Of a stretch of 64,000 nucleotides of DNA, positions 37,708 to 51,845 are shown piece after piece (position 1 is the first letter of the stretch; each line of letters begins with the position of its first letter). Where the stretch lies: positions 33,232,001 to 33,296,000 of the forward strand of contig OZ024755.1 of NCBI GenBank assembly GCA_964016885.1, read 5' to 3'. Source of the DNA: Eledone cirrhosa. Its lineage: Eukaryota. Both the position numbers and the translations under genes were made by a program. The notes under the pieces were generated by a model that had not been told where the DNA came from, searched no databases, and was given only the letters and a program-made list of their open reading frames with translations.

Positions 37708-37875
37708 GATAATTGTTTCTACGTTTTGGCACAAGGCCAGCAATTACCCCAGTGCATTACTGGTACTTTATTTTATCAACCCTGTAAGGACGAAAAACAA
37801 AGTTAACCTTGGTGGGATTTGAACTTGGATCATAAAGGGCCGTAACTCTGTGCAGCAAAGCATGGCATCCGATGT
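37708..37875 (-). mobile_element. SINE A
   Basis: Reverse copy, slightly 5'-truncated. Confidence 0.8.
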
Positions 37876-38731
37876 TGTCAATGACCTGATTGGAATTCTC
37901 TCAGCCCCCTTACATCCAGGAAAAAAACATGGAACCAATGAAAACGTTGCTAAAAGCTACAGGATAATCCAGTTTTGGAGATGAAACTTTAATTAAAAAA
38001 AAAATAATAATAATAGTAATGAAGAACAGCAAAAGATAAAAGTTTTTAATTAGAAAATGTTTCCCAAAATAAAATTTAAAAAAAATAACCAAAATTTAAA
38101 AAAATAACCAAAATTTAAAAAAATAAACTAAAATTAAAATACTGAAAAATAAATAAATATACACATTAAATTATCACTTCAAAGAATTGACATTTCACTA
38201 TTGACATTTGACAAGTTATTCTGTGATTTCTGCCAAAACACACAAGATTCTTCAAAGAAAATGGAAAAAGAAAAAAAGAAAAAAAACTATTCTTTTTTTC
38301 TTTATCTTCTTTCTTTCATTTTTCACTCCTTTTCCTTCTTTCTTTCTTACTTTCTTTCTTTGATTTTTCACTCTTTTTTTTTTCTTCTTTTCATTTTTAC
38401 TCTTTTTCTTTCTTTCATTCTTTGATTTCTTTCTTTTTTTCATTCTTAATTTCTTTTTTTTTGTTTGTTTATTTCTATTTTTCTTTCTTTACCAGAAATA
38501 ATTGTTCCTGGTATTTGTTGCATTGTAAAAGAGGAATTGCAATCACTGATTAGTTAAGATTCTTGTTGCTTGGCTAAAGAGAGGAAAAATTTGTTATCCC
38601 ATACTGTGTAGTATTGAACTTGGTACCTGCTTCTTAAGTTATTGTTATATCCAGAACTTATTCTTGTAAGCTAATGAAACATATGATAATTTCACAGAAT
38701 TGCAGCTGTTTCCAGCAGCAGTGAAACTTAA

Positions 38732-38952
38732 CCCTTTAGCATTTATATTACTCTATATTTACTATTGTATTTTTGTGGTAAAAGCTTTATCTTACATAAT
38801 TATCTCACAAAATATCGAATGTACGAGATTTTGACGTTATTTATTTTGAGAACAATACCTTAATGTCAGTATGAGTGGCCAGTTATGGCCAGTTTGAACA
38901 GAAAGAGGTGAGAGAATTCTGGCTGGATATGGCCGGTTTAAATGTTAAAGGG
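38732..38952. mobile_element. Complete piggyBac-type MITE
   Basis: TTAA|CCCTTTAGCATTTA...TAAATGTTAAAGGG|TTAA. Paralogous empty site at 39151-39154. Confidence 0.9.
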
Positions 38953-39469
38953 TTAACCCATTAGATATTAACCTGGCCCAAAACACCTCTGGTTCTGTGA
39001 AAGCTATCTCATACTGTGTAGTGCTCTGAGTAGTATTGAACTCAGTACCTGCTTCTTAAGTTATTGTTATATCAAGAACTTAGTTTTGTAAGCTAACAAA
39101 ACCTATGACAATTTCACAGAATTGCAATTGTTTACAGCAACAGTGAGACTTTAACTCATTCGATATCAACTGTGCCAAAAACACCACTGGTTCTGTGAAA
39201 CAAAACCACCCCCTTTTAAAGGATTTGCATTTAAGTTAAATTATTTCAACATAATTTGAAGAACTTTTTGTTAAATTATGTTACCAATACCATCTTAATT
39301 TTTAAATAATAAATAATTTTATTAGATCTCTCAGAATTTTCAAATTAATTAAGTCAAATAGTGTACTTCGTTATAAATATATGCACAGACACATGTCTGT
39401 CTGTCTGTATGTATGTATGTGTGTGTGTATACATGAATGTGTGTGAGTGTGTGTATATTATCATCATTT

Positions 39470-39690
39470 GTCATTATCGTTTAACGTTCATCTTCCACGC
39501 TAGCATGGGTAGGACAGGTTATCCTCTTGTGAGAAAGCAGGTGGACAGACCATGATTCGCTCAGACAGAACTGATTTCGGCTTGGTTTCTATGTCTGGAT
39601 GCCCTTCCTAATGCCAACCATATTTACTATGTGTGCTTTTTTGCCATGTTGCCTACGCAACTACTTTACAGCATGGACTGGGTGCTTTTT
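39470..39690 (-). mobile_element. SINE C-type 3' portion
   Basis: TTCCACGCTAGCATGGGT...CTGGATGCCCTTCCTAATGCCAACC. Confidence 0.7.
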
Positions 39691-40837
39691 TTAGTATGCT
39701 TTTTGTAGTATGCTTTTTGTAGTATGCTTTTTGTAGTATGCTTCTCATGTGGACACCTTTGAACAATAACCATGTGGTACCATACAAACATTTTGTTTTC
39801 TTTTTTGTGTTTTTTTATCTCTCTTTTATGCATTCATATTTGTGTTTAGCAATGACATTATGTGGGTTTGTGTCTCATGTATGTCATTGCTCATCTATTT
39901 TTCCATTCAGAGGAATTTTTTAAAAATCCCAACTAACAGGCTAATTTTATTTGTATGGCGGAAGCACATGTTACTAGCAATTTTTCAAATCTTCACTGTT
40001 TATAAACAAAGCCTGCTTTGTATCTTTATATATATATATAGAATAGAAAACGAAAAATCAGTGATGCATCTGAACACAATTTATTGTGTGTTACAATTGT
40101 TTCCCCGGCGGACAGCTTGAGACGCGATCATTGTGTGGATCTGCCTGATTCTAGATCTGAAGGTTCGACGGACACGTCTAATGATTTCGGAGTATATTCT
40201 ATATGTGTGTGTGTGTGTGTGTAAAAGGTAAACAGAAATAACAAAATAACAAAACAAATGGCACAGTACATGGAAGGAATATATTAGGTACTCACATATA
40301 TTTATAATGACATGTCCAGCCGTTGCTAGAAGAGAAAAGAACATTAAACAATAATGATGATAATCATGATATATACAAATCTACTATCATTTATAAAGCA
40401 TTGAGAAAATTTGAATTTTAAAAGTATGTTAGGTTATTGTGAACTGATACAATGTAGGTTTAACTATAAAATAGTCATACAAGTTTATCATATAATAAGT
40501 TTGTTCTGGAGACAGGAAAAAGTGAACAAATCACCTACATGAATTGAACTCTTATCTGTCATATGCCAGATAGTTGTGTTGCTATTTACTCTCTAGAAAG
40601 TGGACATTTCTGTAACTTTCATAACAAGGTCCATCAATTTGATTCCCTAGAGTTATCTTTCTTGAGAGTTTCTCACTTATTGAAGTTAAGGATAATGATG
40701 CAATACCAATCATTGCAACCAATCATATGCAACCTTATTGGCTAAGCAAGTGATAGCTAGCTCATGACCTCCTTCACCAGCTATTTTCAGCATATTAATG
40801 ACTGTCAAAAATACCTTCCTTGGTCTCATATTCTTAA

Positions 40838-41262
40838 CCCTTTGGCATTTACATTACTCTATATATACTATTGTATTTTTGCAGTAAAGGCTTTATCTCA
40901 CATAATATTGAATCTACAAGATTTTGATATTATTTATCAAAATAATTGTTTCTACTTTTGGCACAAGGCCAGCAATTACCCAGTGCGTTACTCGTACTTT
41001 ATTTTATCGACCCCGTAAGGATGAAAGGCAAAGTTAACCTCGGCGGGATTTGAACTCAGAATGGCAAGGGCCGTAACTCAATCAAAGCATGGCGTCCGAC
41101 CCTCTGCCAATACTGCCAAAATAATTGTTTCTACTTTAGGCACAAGGCCAGCAATTACCCAGTGCATTACTGGTACTTTATAATGAGGCCAGTTATGGCT
41201 GGTTTGAAGAGAAAGAGGTGAGAGAATTCTGGTCAGATATGACTGGTTTAAATACTAAAGGG
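40838..41262. mobile_element. piggyBac-type MITE with nested SINE A copies (about 40940-41180, minus)
   Basis: TTAA|CCCTTTGGCATTTA...TAAATACTAAAGGG|TTAA with SINE A inside. Confidence 0.8.
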
Positions 41263-42127
41263 TTAATCATTCTTGCAGCTGTCAGCTACTATAGCTACTT
41301 CCTCTGTGGGGTTTACTTGAAGTAAGGTCTTTTCTCTCCCATGTATTCTCATTTCACAACTTTCTATTCCCCATTCCTCTGAGTAAGTAGGCTGCTACCA
41401 TTCTGTACACACTTATACCTGATGATATGTCTATTGTCTTTAATACTTTGCCTTGCAATCTATATAAGCTCCTGCCTCTGATACTATATTTCAAAACATT
41501 TGCAAACCTCCTAATTTATCTTCTCATATTGCTAAATATATATCTACTGTCTAGCTTATCTTCAAGATATTTATTGTTCTCTACTGTCCCTTACAATTTA
41601 TGAAGATAATATAATGTAGAAGGAAATATAATGATGAAGGAAATATAATGATGAACATAATATATTGTTGAGAGTAATAATAATGGAGTATTACATTATC
41701 GCAGATTACGATAATGTAGTGACTGAAGATAGCTATTTGCGAAAATACATTTTGCATTTGCAAAATATAATTACATAAACATATTCGAACACTTATTCAG
41801 TTTGATCTATGACAACTTGTCTAAGTTGACATATTTAACAGTTACACCCTATACTTAGCATTCAAGTGAATTTCATTTTTTCTTACTGTCCCGACATCAA
41901 AATCTATCACAACAGCAACTACTTTTCTATTGTGTCTTTTTTTAAAACAAATGGAAATATAGTTTTTTGTTTCTTTAGAGTTAGTCCTACTGCCCAGTCT
42001 TGCTGTCTCTCCATGATATTAAACAGGTGTACTGCTTTATAAATATTATATTTCATTCATTCAGTCCATATTTTTATCATAATAGATACTAATGGGTTTC
42101 CATAGATTAAGTCACTGAATAGCATAT

Positions 42128-42213
<86 letters not shown>

Positions 42214-42364
42214 TTATATAGACATGTACATATACATGTATATATACATATACATATATATATATATATATAGATAATATATATATATATATATACTTAT
42301 ATATACATATATAGACATATACATGTATATATATATACTTATATATACATATATAGACATATAC

Positions 42365-42415
<51 letters not shown>

Positions 42416-42419
42416 TTTA

Positions 42420-42611
42420 TTTTATTTTATAGAAGGAGCTTCTACAGGACTAGTACTGTTTCATTCAGATGAAATCTTCCTGAAGATTTCATCTGAATGA
42501 AACAGTACTAGTCCTGTAGAAGCTCCTTCTATAAAATAAAAAAATTTTACTCTGCCATGTATTGAGTACCTTACTTACTGTGGTTATCCCCGACTCAACC
42601 CGGGACCTACG
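42420..42611 (+). mobile_element. Fold-back Penelope-like remnant family 3 with hammerhead motif
   Basis: Perfect about 60-bp arms centred at 42480-42481. CTGAAGA 42480-42486, GAAA 42499-42502, GTC 42511-42513. Embedded in (TA)n. Confidence 0.7.
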
Positions 42612-42669
42612 TATATATATATATATATATATATATAGATAATATATATATATATATATATACTTATAC

Positions 42670-42716
<47 letters not shown>

Positions 42717-42770
42717 TAATATATATATATATATATACTTATATATACATATATAGACATGTACATATAC

Positions 42771-42805
<35 letters not shown>

Positions 42806-42806
42806 C

Positions 42807-42861
<55 letters not shown>

Positions 42862-42914
42862 TAATATATATATATATATATACTTATATATACATATATA
42901 GACATGTACATATA

Positions 42915-43013
<99 letters not shown>

Positions 43014-43139
43014 ACATAGATGTTATATGTGTGTATGTGTGTGTGTGTGTAATATACAAAAAATAAAACAATATAAAAAAAAAACAATAAGAAATAGGAA
43101 AATAAAAAAGAATCAAATAAAAAACAAAATTACTTAGAT

Positions 43140-44260
43140 TAACCCCCACCACCACCATTGAGATGACATCCTCAACAACAACACCACCATCACCAGCACC
43201 ACCGACACTAACATTGCCAACAACACAGCCACTACTGACACCAACATTACCACAATCCCCACCCCAACCACAACCCTAACCACTACCCCCCCCCACCACC
43301 ACCACCACCACTACAACCCTAACCACCACTGACACCACCACCACCACTACTACTGACATCATCATCATCATCATCATCAGCAACAACAACACCACCACCA
43401 TCACCAGCACCACTAACATCACCAACAACACAGCCACTACTGACACCAACACTACCACAACCCCAACTACAACCCTAACCACTACTCACACCCACACCAA
43501 CATCATCACCCCCACCACTACAACCCTAACCACCACTGACACCACCACCACTACTACTGACATCATCATCATCAGCAGCAGCAGCAACAACAACAACAAC
43601 AACACCACCACCATCACCAGCACCACTAACATCACCAACAACACAGCCACTACTGACACCAACATTACCACAACCCCCACCCCAACTACAACCCTAACCA
43701 CCACTGACATCACCACCACTACTGACATCATCATCATCATCATCATCATTAGAATGTCTCAGGAAAGAATCTCTGGACAGATTTTATGGGCAAAACCAAC
43801 CAGCATAAGACCCAGGGGTAGACCCCAAGGAAGATGGTTGGATAACATCCATGAGGTTGGCTGCACTGCCACCACCACCAACAACACCACCACTACTACT
43901 ACTGACATCATCATCATCAGCAGCAACAACAACAACACCAACAACAACACCAACAACAACAACAACTCCACCACTTCCTCAGAGCAAATGTAAAAATAAA
44001 AACAACCCATCACACAACAACAACAACAACAACACCACCACCAACACCACCACTACTACTACTGACATCATCATCATCAGCAGCAACAACAACAACAACA
44101 CCAACAACAACTCCACCACTTCCTCAGAGCAAATGTAAAAATAAAAACAACCCATCACACAACAACAACAACACCACCACCAACAACAACAACAACAACT
44201 CCACCACCACTTCCTCAGAGCAAATGTAAAAATAAAAACAACCCATCACACAACAACAAA
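43140..44260. repeat. (CAC/CAA/CAT)n compound repeat with higher-order duplications and a small RTE fragment (43750-43862)
   Basis: Repeated CCACTTCCTCAGAGCAAATGTAAAAATAAAAACAACCC. MSQERISGQILWAKPTSIRPRGRP is an RTE C-terminal peptide. Confidence 0.8.
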
Positions 44261-44451
44261 TATACAACAGCAATATTAGATGTGCTAGATATCAGAGCCG
44301 CTATTTTAATGCATGCTGCTTAGCAATTTGAAATAGGAGTCAAAATCTTCCCATTTGTGGCCTGATAAAAGTAACATCCTAATAACACAGAAACAACTAA
44401 AATCAATGGCTCTTCTGAAGAGAGAAACAGCAGCAAATCTTTACTAAAAAT

Positions 44452-45945
44452 TAATTGTTTCTACTTTTGGCACAAGGCCAGCAATTACCCCAGTGCATCA
44501 CTGGTACTTTATTTTATCGACCCCCGTAAGGATGAAAGGCAAAGTTAATCTCGGCGGGATTTGAACTCGGAATGGCAAGGGTCGTAACTCTATGCTGCAA
44601 AGCATGGCGTTCGACCCTCTACCGATACAATCATCATCGTCGATTGACATCCATCTTCCACGCTAGCGTGGCTTAAACGGGTCCTATTTTGAGGCCCGTT
44701 GTGTCGAGTGACCTTTGTCTCGTTCAAATAATGTGTTTCTGGCTGGTTTTCTACGGCTGGATGCCCTTCCTAATGCCAACCACATTGACAATACAGATTA
44801 AAATAACAATAATAATAATTGTTTCTATTTTTGAGGCAAAGTTAACCTCGGCGGGATTTGAACTCAGATCATAAAGGGCCGTAACTCTATGCTGCAAAGC
44901 ATGGCGTCCGACCCTCTACCGATACTGCCAGTCCACCGCCCTAATCTTTATTAACAGATGAGCTTGCATAAGGCCAGCAATTATCCCAGTGTATTACTGG
45001 TACTTTATTTTATCGACACTGTGAGGATGAAAGGCAAAGTTAAACTCAGTAGGATTTCAACTCAGACCGTAAATGGCCATAACTCTACTGATACAGCCAA
45101 TCCACCTGAGGTGAAGATTGAGCACAACAAATCAGATGAGCTTATGTATGTTATTTTGAACTGCCGAGTATATCCAAGTAGATTTGATATTTAAATAGGA
45201 AAATGATTGCAGGTTAAAATTGCTAGCATTATAGTTTTAATGGGCGGTGGATTGGCAGTATCGGTGGAGGGTCGGACGCCATGCTTTCCAGCACAGTTAC
45301 GTCCCTTTACGGTCTGAGTTCAAATCCCGCCGAGGTTAACTTTGCCTTTCATCCTTACAGGGTAGATAAAATAAAGTACCAGTAACGCACTGGTGTAATT
45401 ACTGGCCTTGTGCCAAAAAGTAGAAACAATTATTATTCAGCATAGTTACGTCCCTTTACAGTCTGAGTTCAAATCCTGCCGAGGTTGACTTTGCCTTTCA
45501 TCCTTACAGGGTAGATAAAATAAAGTACCAGTAATGCACTGGGATAATTGCTGGCCTTGTCTCAAAAATAGAAACAATTATTATTATTGTTATTTTAATC
45601 TGTATTGTCAATGTGGTTGGCATTAGGAAGGGCATCCAGCCGTAGAAAACCAGCCAGAAACACATTATTTGAACGAGACAAAGGTCACTCGACACAACGG
45701 GCCTCAAAATAGGACCCGTTTAAGCCACGCTAGCGTGGAAGATGGATGTCAATCGACGATGATGATTGTATCGGTAGAGGGTCGAACGCCATGCTTTGCA
45801 GCATAGAGTTACGACCCTTGCCATTCCGAGTTCAAATCCCGCCGAGATTAACTTTGCCTTTCATCCTTACAGGGTAGATAAAATAAAGTACCAGTAATGC
45901 ACTGGGGTAATTACTGGCCTTGTGCCACAAGTAGAAACAATTATT
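44452..45945. mobile_element. SINE A/C cluster arranged as an inverted duplication
   Basis: About 44527-44834 is the reverse complement of about 45561-45868. Confidence 0.8.
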
Positions 45946-46065
45946 GTTATTTTATTTTATTCAAGTTATTGTCAATACCGATTGCCTGCATGTACACAAG
46001 ACTATACATGCAGTAGAAGGAGAAGGATATAGGTTTGATTTAGTTAACCTCAGTATATTACTGGT

Positions 46066-46325
46066 GTGGAGGTGCATGGCCTAATTGGTAAGGGTGTTGG
46101 ACTAATGATCATAATGTTATGGGTTCAATTCCTGGGCTGGGTTCCATGTTGTGTTCTTGAGCAAAACACTTCATTTCACGTTGCTCCAGTATACTCAGCT
46201 GAAAAGGAGTACGAGCATTGGCTGGGGTTTAAACTCTGCGATGGACTGGCGTCCTGACCAGGGAAAAGTCTTGTACTCTCAGTTACTTCATGTCATGAAA
46301 CTGAGATAAGCCCTGGCCTAAATAG
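46066..46325 (+). mobile_element. Older CORE-type SINE related to family B
   Basis: GGAGGTGCATGGCCTAATTGGT, GGTTCAATTCC, TTGAGCAAAACACTT. Confidence 0.7.
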
Positions 46326-46327
46326 CC

Positions 46328-46698
46328 TTAACCGTTTAGCATTTAAACCGGCCGTATTCGGCTAGAATTCTCTCACCTCTTTCTCTTCAAACTGGCTGCT
46401 TATACTGATATTAAGGTATTGTTCTCAAAATAAATAACATCAAAATAGATTCAATATTATGTGAGATAACATAATAACCCTTTAGCATTTAATCCGGCTG
46501 TGTTCAGCCAGAATTCTCTCACCTTTTTCTATTCAAACGTGTTATAACTAGTGACTCATACTGATGTAAAGATATTGTTCTCAAAATAAATAATATCAAA
46601 ATCCCATAGATTCTATAATATTTGGGATAATTATGTGAGATAAAGCCTTTAACATAAAAATATAATAGTATCTATAAAGTAATGTAAATGCTAAAGGG
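46328..46698. mobile_element. Two tandem piggyBac-type MITE copies
   Basis: TTAACCGTTTAGCATTTA and TAACCCTTTAGCATTTA starts. TAAATGCTAAAGGG end. Confidence 0.75.
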
Positions 46699-47799
46699 TG
46701 AAAGGAGATTTGGCTTTATTTTTTGCAGGTGAAAGTATTCTATAGAGGCTCTATTGTTGGTGGTTTCTAGTAGTTTTAGAAATTGTGGCTCTTCATTGTG
46801 TGAGAGAAGGAAAGGTACATACAAAAGAGATTGATTTGAGTCACCTTCTCCATTGTGTTGAATGAATCCAAGGTGAAACACATTTGGCAGGTGTAATGGA
46901 ATAATCACTGAAACAATATTTACTACATTACCACCGTTCTCTAATCAATTCCTTATTAATTGTTTAATCAGGGTACATAAGGTCATTGGAACCTTCATGA
47001 ATAATTTATATATTATTGTATTAAGTTGCATTGGCAACCACCTTTATCTGAAAATTTTCAGTTTCTATACAACTAATTACATATGAAGGAATTTGTATTA
47101 AATTCTCTGAATGCCAATATTTTTAGAATGCTTCCATGTTTCAGATAATATAAGCAAAGTTAGAAACCTTCTTTCAAATATTAAAAAAATGGAAAAGCAT
47201 CATTCTTAATTGTTACTTGGATATTTTTAAAATGTTTTGGTTTTTCTTTTTTAAATCTCACACAAAGCAATTACATTCCTGGTTTACTTCTAAAGCAATT
47301 CAAGCCAGTCCTGTCTTTAGATTGACAACTGATAAGTTAGTTCCCTTTTCAGCTTCAGCTTTCAAAAAGAATTAGTAAAACAACATAGTGCAAATAATTG
47401 TTTTAGAAAATTCTAAATATAAATAGAACTTTTTCAATCATGAATTCAAAAGACCAACTCAGAAGATACTATATATAAAATTTAGTTTACAAAAATAATG
47501 AATTTCATCTCATTCGTTGTTACTGAGGTTTACAACAAAATATTTTTATAAACGTCAGTGGGTGTGGCATGGTTAAATAGTTACAAAATTTGCTTTACAA
47601 TCAGAAGGTTTCAGGTTCGATCTCACCCCATGGAATTTGGGGCAAGTATCATTTATCATAGCTTAGGACCAACCCAAGCCATGGGAATAAAATTAAGTAA
47701 ATAGAAACTGCTTGGAAGCCTGTTGGATGGATTGCACTGATAATTCAAAGAGCTTTGTCACATAATGAGTCTTCACATATCCTGTGAATCCTCCTCCTC

Positions 47800-48300
47800 A
47801 TCATTGATTAATGGCTATCTTCCACGCTAGCATGGGTTAGACGGGTTTGTACCATTTAGAGGCAAGTTGGGTCGGGTGACCATGTCTCGCTCATATAGGA
47901 GAGTTTCTGGGTGGTTTTCTATGGCTGGATCATCATCATCATAATCATTTTACTTCCGCTTTTCCCTGCTTGCAAGGGTGGGACGGGAACTGATTCTGGC
48001 TTGATTTCTACAGCTGGATGCCCTTCCTAACACCAACCTCATTTACAGTGAGTGCTGGGTGTTTTTTTCCGTGGCACCTCCACGACCACTCATTTCTACA
48101 GCTGAGTAAACTGGAGCAATGTGAAATAAAGTGTCTTGCTCAAGGAAACAACACATCACCCGGTCTGAGAATTGAACTCACAACCTTTCTATTGCAAGGC
48201 CAATGCTCTAACCACTAAGCCATGTGCCAACCACATTTACAGTGTGTGCTGGGTGCTTTTTGCCATGTCTTTCGCATGACCACTTTACAGTGTAGGCTAA
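47800..48300 (-). mobile_element. SINE B (about 47930-48228) nested in a SINE C-type element
   Basis: The SINE C tail is split at GGCTGGAT|...|GCCAACCAC by SINE B. Confidence 0.75.
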
Positions 48301-49317
48301 GTGTGCACGTGTCTTTGGAATGCTCAGTCATTTTCATGTTAATGTTACAAGCAAGCTGTTCAATTGGTTAAACAAATGGTACACTCATTATTGAAACCAA
48401 CAGAGGTCTATTCCATTCCATTCCATGTGTAAACTTCAGAGGAAAAGTTGCTTGAAATAAAAAGAAACCATTGAACCATTGAAAAAATGAGTAGACATTA
48501 CAATACAATGGGAGGAAACATAATAGTACCACTGATGATGTCACAGGTGTGTGATGAAAGAACTTTGATAGATTATATATATATATATATTTATATATAT
48601 ATTTATTAAAATAACAGATTAAAGTTTAAGCAAAGAATCGCTGCTTTCCCCTTATTATTATTATTATTATTATATATATATATTTTAACCGTTGGTCAAT
48701 CAATGATAAACATTGATTGCCAGATAAAATTAACTATGGAGATATTAAAGATACAGAAGCGTAAACCGATCCAAATCAAACAGTGAGTATTTTTTATTAT
48801 TATTTCTAGCAATATTATAACAAGCTGGAAGAAGAATTGCTTAAATGGATAGAAGAATGCAGAATGTCTGTCATGGATCATATTTAAGTGGTGGCCATAT
48901 TTTGTAACACAGTGGGTATCTAAACTGACATCAGCAACATAAAATTTACCTCTCCAATGTTTACTTGTAAAATAAACTGAACATTTAATATATTATTACA
49001 TTCATAGGAAAATGTACTCCCTATATCTAATCTAATTTGGCCGAGTTTACACTCGCAAATAAGAAGAACCAGGGCCGCCCCTAGGAGCATTGGATTTGGT
49101 GTACTTCATATTTGTTTTGATTGCTGAATACAATCAGGGATCACTGCTTCTCCTGAAGGTCAATAGTTCTCTTCTAACTTAAGCGGGAGCACCTTTCCAT
49201 TGTCAATTTGTATTGATCATCTGCAAAGCCACATTGTTCTCAGAACCACTACACCAGTCTTTCAATGTGTGTAGCTGGAACTACTGCCAGCCATTGATTT
49301 GGCAGGAGGATAGCAAC

Positions 49318-49458
49318 TCATTTCTACAGCTGAGTAAACTGGAGCAACGTGAAATAAAGTGTCCTGCTCAAGGACACAACACATCACCCGGTCTGAGAAT
49401 CGAACTCACCACCTTTCGATTGCAAACCCAATGCTCTAACTACTAAGCTATGCGCCTT
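49318..49458 (-). mobile_element. SINE B 5' half
   Basis: CTCATTTCTACAGCTGAG...TAAGCTATGCGCC. Confidence 0.8.
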
Positions 49459-50391
49459 CACATACTCCTTATACAGGGATATGAATTCTTTGTTATACAT
49501 CAGTTAGCATGGGCAATAGATATAACTTGTTAAAAATCATATCATCCTTGAAAAATGATGCACATGTATGGAAAATAACGTGTAACATTTAAGTTGTATG
49601 GGTAATATGCAGAGAGAGTAGGGATGGGTTTTATGGACAATGCCAACTAGTAGGAAACTCAGAGATAAACTACAAGATGATTGGATAACATCCATGGACT
49701 GGGGTTGGTCTTGTATAATAATAATGAAATTATTGTGTACAGTGCTCAGGTGCACTACAACTTGCTTAGGGATGTCACGGTCCATTTTGCCTTTTATCCT
49801 TTTGAGGTCAATAAATAAAGTATTAGTCATGTAGTGAAGCCTATTTTTCCTCTACATCATTTTCTCACTTTTTCTCTCCCATTCTCTCTTTCTCTGAAAG
49901 AAATCAGATGTATTCAGACCTAAAGAGAGATGGACTCCTTTAGATTTACAAGAAATGCCATCTATATACTACTAAAACTCTGTGATTGTATGATTGTCTG
50001 TAATTTAATACAGCCAAAACTGTGCATAATGAGAAAATACTTTGAAAGGAAGTTGCCCCTGAAATGGGAATACAAAATGGAATAAGACAAGTTTTGCATA
50101 AATCGGAGCATGGGTTCCCGAGATATGGGGTTTTTCTGGGTACATTCATAAATAGATGGAGAGAAAGAGATAGTGGTTGTGAGAGAGTAGATTGAAAAAC
50201 ACAGAACGCACACACACACACAAATATATATATATATTTTTTCGGCTGTGCGAATGATTTTAAGCATTGTCTCTGTGTTGGTATTTAAACGTTAGTTATA
50301 GCTCTGGTTTATCCAAACTATTGAGCCCTTTGCCACGCATTTCTAAGATTGTGTTTCGTTATTTCGTGGGCCGAGATTCCGATTCTCGATA

Positions 50392-50456
<65 letters not shown>

Positions 50457-51144
50457 TATATATATGGGCCTTCCAATTTCATTTTACATTATGTATATTT
50501 TAATTATTCAAAAATTATAATCTATGTACTATACATGCACCTTAGATGAGTTGTAGTGCACCTGAGCACTGTACACAATAATTTCATTTCATGATTTAAA
50601 AAAAATATTTGTAAGTGAAGATGACTTGTTGAATGACGGGCGGTCTAGTATATAACTACAGCCCCCCACACACACACACATCACCACCATAGTTTCATCA
50701 GGAGTTAAGGGCCTCATAGACCATGGAAAATAATGTGCGCAGCTAATTTCTATATTTAAAAAACAATCAAAGCGAATATAGTAAATAGATAAAGAGACTA
50801 TTAAGTATCTAGGCCTGTTTATTGACAATGAAGAATCATATTATATTTTACAATAAGATTCCTTACAATACAGTTTCACAATACAAATTGACTCAACAGA
50901 GAAAATAAGAGAAAAAATAAGAGCGAAAGATAAGAGAAACACTAAACTTAAAACAAAGAACTAGATAAACAAGTTACATTGTGGTGGATCTATTTAAATT
51001 ATTTAGAATCAGAAAAGTAAAAGGAAAAATTATGAGATTTCTTAGCTTCAGTATAATAATAATGCATAAGTGAAACTGCTTGAAGCAGCAGTCAGAACCA
51101 CAACCACAACTACAGCAGATCTATAAAGAAGTTAAAGTTATTAA

Positions 51145-51335
51145 ATAATTGTTTCTACTTTTGGCACAAGGCCAGCAATTACCCAGTACATTACTGGTAC
51201 TTTATTTTATCGACTCCGTAAGGATGAAAGGCAAAGTTAACCTCGGCGGGATTTGAACTCAGATCGTAAAGGGACGTAACTATGCTGCAAAGCATGGCAT
51301 CTGACTCTCTACCGATACTGCCAATTCACCGCCCC
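51145..51335 (-). mobile_element. SINE A with probable target-site duplication
   Basis: Flanked by TTAAAGTTATTAAATAAT on both sides (about 51132 and about 51335). Confidence 0.85.
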
Positions 51336-51675
51336 TTAAAGTTATTAAATAATATAACAAACTTTGACAACAAGCAGAAGAGAGTTCTTTGTCAGCAAGG
51401 TGTTCACTTAACATGGATATTCACTTCAGTTTAAATTCTCATCTTTCTCATCGAGAAAGTGACACTTAGATTTTCTGTCAGGAAATGGTGCATGTCACCT
51501 GATAGTACATTTTTTTCATCTTAACTTTCAATAAAGTTAAGTTGACAGTATTTTCCTTTTATATTTGTATTTTTCTGTGATCTTTAAAAATAATATTTCT
51601 GCCATTGATTCAGTAGTTTTAGTTAAGTATATGGTTTACATTTCATTCTCCTTATCATTATTTAGAGTGATAAAA

Positions 51676-51845
51676 GGTGGTGGATAGGCAGAATCGGTAG
51701 AGGGTCGGATGCCATGTTTTGACGCATAGAGTTCAAATCCCGCCGAGGTTAACTTTGCCTTTCATCCTTACGGGGTCGATAAAATAAAGTACCAGTAATA
51801 CACTGGGGTAATTGCTGGCCTTGTGCCTAACGTAGAAACAATTAT
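51676..51845 (+). mobile_element. SINE A with probable target-site duplication
   Basis: Flanked by ATTATTTAGAGT(G/A)ATAAAA. Confidence 0.85.

Noticed and set aside
40040-40203. Minus-strand GAAACAATTGTA half-hammerhead in a CpG-rich insert
   Set aside because: No CUGANGA upstream. At most a truncated remnant.
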